From assembly GCA_963766715.1 (NCBI GenBank), contig CAVYBH010000008.1, forward strand, positions 736,001-800,000: a DNA stretch of 64,000 nt, read 5' to 3'. The translations under genes were made by a program, and so were the position numbers. This document shows, piece by piece, positions 57,986-64,000 of the stretch (the stretch's first letter is position 1; every line of letters begins with the position of its first letter). This DNA comes from an uncultured delta proteobacterium (lineage in GTDB: Bacteria; Myxococcota; Myxococcia; Myxococcales; Anaeromyxobacteraceae). The notes beneath the pieces were generated by a model, which was given only the letters and a program-made list of their open reading frames with translations, was not told the DNA's origin and made no database searches.

Positions 57986-59660
57986 CTATCCGCCGCCGCC
58001 GATGCTGCGCGGATCCTTGCCCTTCAGGTTCTTCACGGCGTCGAGGAGCAGCGGCGCCGGGTTCTCCGGGTGCTGCAGGTCGGGGATGAGGTCGGTCGAG
58101 GCGCCGCCCGGGAACCGCTTGATGCTCGGGTACTTCATGATCGACCGGTCGAACTCGATCATGACCGGGAAGATGAGCGCCCCGATCCAGCCGTTGTCCT
58201 GCCCCGAGTACCGGCCCGGCGACGACGTCAGCACGCGGGCCGGCGCCGCGCCGTTGAAGATCATGTCGTACTTCTCGTACGGGTCCATGGTGAGGTTGTA
58301 GAGCGCGCCGATGGAGCCCAGGTTCGCCTCCACGCCCAGCCAGGAGTCCTTGGCGGTGTAGAGGTACTTCCAGGCGATGTTCACCCAGGGTTCCTGGGGG
58401 TCCCCGCCGATGTCGGCCCGCACGCCCTGGTAGGTCTCGCCGTCGATGTAGATCCAGGAGGTGCGCGCCGAGTGCGGCGCCTTGCCGAGGACGTAGGCGC
58501 TGTTGTCGATGCTGTCGAAGTAGATCGGCTTGCCGTCGTTGCCGACCCAGTCGCGCGGCGGCGGCGTGAGGCCGACCATGCCGGCGAGCGTCGCCCAGCA
58601 GTCGATGTGCGACATCATCTCGCCGTACTGGGCGCCGGCCTGGACGTGCCCGGGCCACCAGAGGATGCCGGGGACCCGCCAGCCGCCCTCGAAGGCGCTG
58701 CCCTTCATGCCGCGGAACGGCGTGGTGCCCGCGTCCGGGTAGGCGTCCTGCCAGGCGCCGTTGTCGGCGGTCACGATGACGATGGTGTTGGGCGCGTGGG
58801 TCCGGATGGCCTCCATGATCCGGCCGATGTCGGCGTCGAGCTCCATGAGGGAGTCGGAGTAGTCGCCCAGGTGCGACCGGCCGCGGAACTCGGGCGCGGC
58901 GTTGGTCGGGTTGTGCATCTTGATGAAGTTCACGTCCATGAAGAACGGCTTGCCGTCCTTGGCGTGCTTCTGGATGTAGGCCACCGCCGAGTCGGCCTGC
59001 CGGATGTCGAAGGTGGCGAGCGCGGCGTAGTCGATGGTGCCGACCTTCCTGGCCGGCTGCCCGGCCGACCCTTCCCACTCGCCCAGGTTCACGACCTCGT
59101 CGTAGGCCTTCGCGAAGGCCGGGTTGTACGAGGGGAACCAGGGGTGGAACCACTTGGAGGTGTCGTTGTAGGCGTAGACGCCCGCGTAGTAGGCGGCGAA
59201 GTGCTTCATCTCGTCGAAGCCGTGCTCGGTCGGATACGACGCCGGCTTGTCGCCCATGTGCCACTTGCCGGAGAAGTAGGTCGAGTAGCCGTTCTTCTGG
59301 AAGAACTCGGCGATGGTCGGGGTCTCCTTGCGGAGGTAGTTCTGGTCTCCGGGGGCGACCACGATCGAGAGCGCCGACCGGATGGGGATGCGCCCGGTCA
59401 TGAAGGAGGCGCGGCCGGCGGTGCAGCTCGCCTGCCCGTACCAGCTCGTGAAGATCGCGCCCTCCTTGGCGATCCGGTCGACGTGCGGCGTGGGGTGGCC
59501 GAGCGATGCGCCTCCGCCCGTGTAGGCGCCGAAGTCGCCCCAGCCGGTGTCGTCGGTCATGAGCACGACGATGTTGGGCTTCGGGATCGGCGGCGGACGC
59601 CTGGCCGGCGGCGAGCGCGATCGAGACCGCGGCGATTCGGAGGAGAGGAGATCGGATCAT
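57986..59660 (-). CDS. Arylsulfatase-family (Cys/FGly) enzyme 1; indel near 59585
   Basis: Sec signal; PNIVVLMTDDTGW, SCTAGRA (CxxxR), GKWHMG, GFDE, TADNG, KGSAFEGGWRVP, DPYE. Confidence 0.92.
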
Positions 59661-59770
59661 GGCGGGCCTCCCTGGGTTCCGGGCATTCTGGACCCTCGGC
59701 AAGGGCTCCGGAGGCTCCCGCTGGGGTCCCCACCCGCCTTCCCTGGCCCCCTTCACCCCGGGGAAATGAA

Positions 59771-59799
59771 GACGGGCGACCCCTTGGGGGCCGCCCGTC
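59771..59799. terminator. Intergenic GC hairpin
   Basis: GACGGGCG..CCCC-TT-GGGG..CGCCCGTC downstream of sulfatase 2; weak U-tract on the minus strand. Confidence 0.5.
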
Positions 59800-59830
59800 G
59801 CGTCCACGGGCCGGTCCGGCGTCCCGCGGG

Positions 59831-60077
59831 CTAGTCGCTCGCGTGCCCGGCCTTCTTCATCTGGTCCAGGATCCCGCTCAGGTTGTAGGTCTCGCGGCGC
59901 CTGGAGCGGCGGGAACTTCGCGTAGGACATGAGATGCCCCTCCCAGAGCTGCTGGCCGATGGGCAGGATGTTCCAGTCGTACAGGAAGGCGGTCACCGGG
60001 CCGCCGAGCGCGACGCCCAGGCTCAGCGCACGACTTCTGGTCGAGTCCAACGTTCTGCTCGAAGGGATCGCGCTTGA
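59831..60077. repeat. ~245-bp near-identical repeat, copy A (3' end of sulfatase 2)
   Basis: Matches 61592-61836, including a 65-nt perfect stretch; roughly 14 differences counted by eye. Confidence 0.9.
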
Positions 60078-61416
60078 GATTCTGGATGAGCGGCCAGTGG
60101 ATCGGGATGCGGTGGCGATGTTCAGCCGTCCACGCCGGCTGCGACGCGTGTAGTTCACCTTCCAGTTGTTCCAGCGGACCGCGTTCAGCGTCGCCTCCCG
60201 GCGAAGTAGAAGATCTCCTCGCGCGGCGGCCTTCTTCGCCTCCCCTTTGAAGTAGTCGCGCAGAGTTGTAGCCGTCGAGCGTGGACCTTCCAGGTACTTG
60301 CCGTTCGCGGTGTAGACCCTTGGACGAGCTTCTCCACGACGTCCGGCACCCCGGCTGCCGCAAGGAAGGTCGGCATCCAGTCCTCCTGCGGAGAAGATCT
60401 CGTTGCGCTTCGTGCCCGGCTGGAGGACGCCCGGCCAGCGGACGATCATGGGCACCCGCATGCCGCCCTCCCAGGTCGTGCCCTTCTCGCCGTGGAAGGG
60501 GGTGATGCCGCCGTCCGGCCAGCTCGCCGTCTCGGCGCCGTTGTCGGTGCCGTAGACCACGATGGTGTCGTTCGCGATCCCCAGGTCGTCGAGCTTCTTC
60601 AGCAGGCGCGCCGACCATGTCGTCGTGCTCGACCATGCCGTCCGGGTAGAGGCCGATGCCGGTGCGCCCCTGCGCCGAGGGCTTGAGGTGGGTCCAGACG
60701 TGCATCCGGGTGGTGTTGAACCACACGAAGAAGGGCTTCTTGTCCTTCACGTTCTTGTCGATGAACTTGTCGGCGGCGGCGAGGATCTCCTGGTCGATGG
60801 TCTCCATCCGCTTCGAGGTGAGCGGGCCCGTGTCCTCGATCCGCTGGCCGCCCTTGCCGTCCGACCAGGTGTGGAGCACGCCGCGCGGCCCGTACTTCTT
60901 CTTGAAGGCCGGGATCCTTCGGGTAGTAGTAGGTCTCCGGCTCTTCCTCGGCGTTCAGGTGATAGAGGTTTCCGAGGAACTCGTCGAAGCCGTGCATCGT
61001 CGGCAGGTGCTGTCGCGGTCGCCCAGATGGTTCTTGCCGAACTGGCCGGTGGCGTAGCCCTGCGGCTTGAGCAGGTCGGCGATGGTCGGAGCCGAGTCCG
61101 GGATGCCCTGCGGCGAGCCGGGCATGCCGATGGTGAGCAGCCCGGTGCGGAACGGATGCTCGCCCAGTGATGAAGGAGGCGCGACCGGCGGTGCAGCTCT
61201 GCTGCGCGTAGGAGTCGGTGAAGAGCGCGCCCTCCCTGGCGATGCGGTCGATGTGGGGCGTCTGGTAGCCCATGATCCCGTGGCTGTAGGCGCTGATGTT
61301 GTGCACGCCGATGTCGTCGCCCCAGATGACGAGGATGTTGGCTCTTGCTGCTGGGCCGACGCCGGCGCGGCCACGGCCAGCGCGAGTGCGGCACAGAGGA
61401 TGAGCGATCTCTTCAT
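59831..61416 (-). CDS. Arylsulfatase-family enzyme 2; many indels
   Basis: Sec signal; NILVIWGDDIG, SCTAGRA, GKNHLGD, HGFDEFLGNLYHLNAEEEPE, TDNGAE, KGTTWEGGMRVP. Confidence 0.9.
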
Positions 61417-61522
61417 GGTGGCGGCCCCCGGGTGGAACGATTAGGTGCGGTGACTGACGGTGAAGCTTTCCACGGGCGTCCACGGGCGCCAGGGATCGCT
61501 CAACCGGGACGGCGCGCCCCTG

Positions 61523-61557
61523 ACGAGACGGGCGCCCCGCATGGGGCGCCCGCTCGT
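61523..61557. terminator. Intergenic GC hairpin
   Basis: CGGGCGCCCC-GCAT-GGGGCGCCCG with ACGAG/CTCGT extension. Confidence 0.55.
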
Positions 61558-61591
61558 TTACGTCAGGCGAGCTCCGGCCTGGGTCCGCGCG

Positions 61592-61836
61592 CTAGTCGCT
61601 CGCGTGCCCGGCCTTCTTCATCTGCTCGAGGATCCCGCTCAGGTTGTAGGTCTCGGGAGCCTGGAGCGGCGGGAACTTCGCGTAGGACATGAGATGCCCC
61701 TCCCAGAGCTGCTGGCCGATGGGGAGGATGTTCCAGTCGTACAGGAAGGCCGTCACCGGGCCGCCGAGCGCACCGCCCATGGCCAGCGACGACTTCTGGT
61801 CGAGCCCGACGTTCTGCTCGAAGGGATCGCGCTTGA
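61592..61836. repeat. ~245-bp near-identical repeat, copy B (3' end of sulfatase 3)
   Basis: Matches 59831-60077. Confidence 0.9.
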
Positions 61837-63284
61837 TGTTCTGGACCAGCGTGAAGTGGAACGGGATGAGCGGCATGATCCAGCCGGCCGGCCCGGGCTG
61901 CGACATCGTGTAGTACATCTTCCAGTTCTTGTAGCGGACCGCCGACGGCGTCGATCCGGAGAAGTAGAAGAAGTGGTCGCGCGCCGACTTGTCGGACTTG
62001 CCTTCCAGGTAGTCGCGCTGGTCGAAGCCGTCGAGCGTGGTCTTGACGATGCCCGGGTACTTGCCGGCCTCGATCTGCTTCCTCAGCCCGTCCCCCGTGG
62101 GGCCGCCGGCGATGTCGACGAGCGTCGGCAACCAGTCGAGCGCGGCGAAGAGCTTGTTCTTCACCGTGCCCGGCTTGATGTGCCCCGGCCAGCGAACGAC
62201 CAGCGGGGCGCGGTAGCCGCCCTCCCAGGCCTCGCCCTTCTGCCCCTTGAACGGCGTGACGCCGCCGTCGGGGAAGCTGATCGCCTCGGCGCCGTTGTCG
62301 GTGGTGAAGACGACGATGGTGTTGTCGAGCTCGCCCATGTCCTCCAGCTTCTTCAGGACGTAGCCGATGTTGTCGTCGAGCTGCTTCATGCCGGCCTCGT
62401 TGACGCCCCAGTCCTTGCCGCCGGGCTCGCCGACCATGGCGTAGTACTTGTCCGACAGCACGGTGGTGACGTGCATGCGCGCCGGGTTGTACCAGACGAA
62501 GAAGGGCTTCCCGGTCTTCCTGGGCTGGTTGCGATCGAGGAAGTCGATGACCTTGGCGGAGATCTCCTCGTCCACCGTCTTCGATCGCTCCAGCGTGAGC
62601 GGCCCCTCGTCCTTGCAGGTCTGGTTCTTCGCCGTGCCGTCGGAGGACTTGCAGTGGATGACCGGGCGCGGCGGCGTGAGGCAGATCGTGGTCCGGGGGT
62701 CCACGGCGCCGGGCACCTCGGGAGCCCGGGACCGGCGGTGTTCTTGCACGGCGGCGCGATGCCCTGGACGAGCGGGGTCTTGTTGATGTCGGGGAAGCTC
62801 ACGCCCTGCATCGCGTCCAGGTGGTAGAGGTAGCCCCAGTACTCCTGGAAGCCGTGGGCCGTGGGCAACGACTCGGTGTGATCGCCCAGGTGGTTCTTGC
62901 CGAATTCACCCGTGGTGTATCCGAGGTCGCGCAGGAAGACGGCCAGCGCCGGCGTCCCGGGCGCAGGTAGGACGGGCTGCCGGGCAGCTGCGGCGGGATC
63001 ATGCCGGTGCGCAGCGGGTACATCCCGGTGAAGAAGGCGTTGCGGCCGGAGGTGCAGCTCTGCATGGCGACGTAGTCCATGAAGATCGCGCCTTCCTGGC
63101 CGATGCGGTCGATGTTGGGCGTCTCGCCCACCATGAGGCCGCGATGGTAGATGCCCGGCTGCATCCAGCCGATGTCGTCTCCCATGATGAAGAGGATGTT
63201 GGGCTTCTTCTGCTGTGCGGATGCCGGCGAGGCCGCGGCCATCGCAAGGGCGGCGGCGCACAGGACGAGCGACGATCGTGTCAT
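61592..63284 (-). CDS. Arylsulfatase-family enzyme 3; indels near 62960 and 62730
   Basis: Sec signal; KPNILFIMGDDIGW, SCTSGRN, GKNHLGD, HGFQEYWGYLYHLDA, TTDNGAE, KGEAWEGGYR, DPFE. Confidence 0.92.
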
Positions 63285-63390
63285 GGAATCCCCCATGGTG
63301 CTCGAAGATGGACTGCTCTCGACCGTGTAGCGCGGCGCGGCCCGGCCTTCCAGGGTGATAATCCAGACATCCCCGGATGGGCGCTTTCAG

Positions 63391-63407
63391 TAACTGTTGG
63401 TTATGAT
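63391..63407. promoter_or_regulatory. LysR recognition box overlapping the LysR gene -10
   Basis: TAAC-TGTTG-GTTA (T-N11-A palindrome, 63391-63403) overlapping TATGAT (63402-63407). Confidence 0.65.
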
Positions 63408-63412
63408 GTCGC

Positions 63413-64000
63413 ATGCTTCTCGACATCCGGGAGATCCAGCACGTCACCGCCATCGGCCGCTTCCGGAACTTCGCCCGGGCCGCCGAGTCGCTCGGCATCA
63501 GCCAGCCGGCCCTCAGCAAGAGCATCCGCGGGATCGAGACAGGCGCTCGAGGTCCGGCTCTTCGAGCGGAGCCGCAAGCGGCGTGATCCCCGACGGCGTT
63601 CGGGGAGGTGATCCTGGCCGGCTCCGGGCCCGGTGCTCCGGAGCGTGGACGACGTGCTCGGCGGAGCTCCGCCGCCTGAAGGGGCTCGAGGAAGGAACGC
63701 TGCGGGTCGGCGCCGGAGCCTTCGCGCTGGAGACTGTCGGTCGACGAGGCGGCGACTGCGCCTGGCCAGCGCGCCACCCGCCCTCCAGCTGCGCTCGTGT
63801 CGAGGGGGACTGGGAGTCCCTCACGCGGAAGGTGCTGGCCGGCTCGCTCGACGTGGCGGTGGCCGAGGTGACGGCGGCCGAGCAGGAGCCGCAACTCTCG
63901 GTGGAACGGATGGGCGAGCACGGAGGGGTCTTCTACTGCCGCGCGGGCCATCCCTGCTCTCGCGACCAGGACGGCTTCGAGGACTCGCTCGGCGTTCCCG
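63413..64000 (+). CDS. LysR family transcriptional regulator, divergent from the sulfatase cluster; indels, 3' truncated
   Basis: MLLDIREIQHVTAIGRFRNFARAAESLGISQPALSKSIRGIE..VRLFERS; GTLRVGAG; GSLDVAV. Not in the supplied ORF track because of frameshifts. Confidence 0.88.

Noticed and set aside
59771..61557. Two similar intergenic hairpins as a REP/MITE family
   Set aside because: Only two copies sharing a short ACGGGCG..CCCC core, both just downstream of sulfatase stops; terminator or mRNA-stability hairpins suffice.

Overview
Very GC-rich bacterial DNA. Gene content and style suggest Myxococcota (Anaeromyxobacter-like), which is inference. The sequence carries many single-base indels, so most genes are split across frames in the ORF track. 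These look like long-read consensus errors, and gene spans below are reconstructed by joining frames. From left to right: a Liv-type ABC transporter with a phenylacetate-CoA-ligase-family gene; a large lipoprotein lipase plus a FadL-type channel, facing two paralogous lipoproteins; a YgiB/YgiC-like pair; glgX; an MBL hydrolase and prolyl oligopeptidase; a sirtuin; slyD; a YSC84-like protein and a POTRA-less Omp85; TetR; kup; a tryptophanase cluster; pyruvate carboxylase; a kdpFABC operon; a CHASE-PAS hybrid kinase; a radical SAM enzyme; two deletion-collapsed gene remnants; TerC; and a LysR-linked cluster. The kdp operon has no KdpE. It has instead a stand-alone KdpD-N/Usp protein, a separate HAMP-PAS kinase, a sigma-54 activator and a recognisable sigma-54 promoter with candidate enhancer sites. 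The LysR-linked cluster holds three Sec-exported Cys-type sulfatases and a HAD phosphatase, followed by a cytochrome b / Rieske / octaheme-HEAT-TPR module. The best candidates for an undescribed system are the sulfatase-linked Rieske/cytochrome b/multiheme-TPR module, the sigma-54-rewired Kdp system with extra small subunits, and the lipase-FadL-lipoprotein lipid-uptake module. No rRNA, tRNA, CRISPR array or mobile element was recognised.
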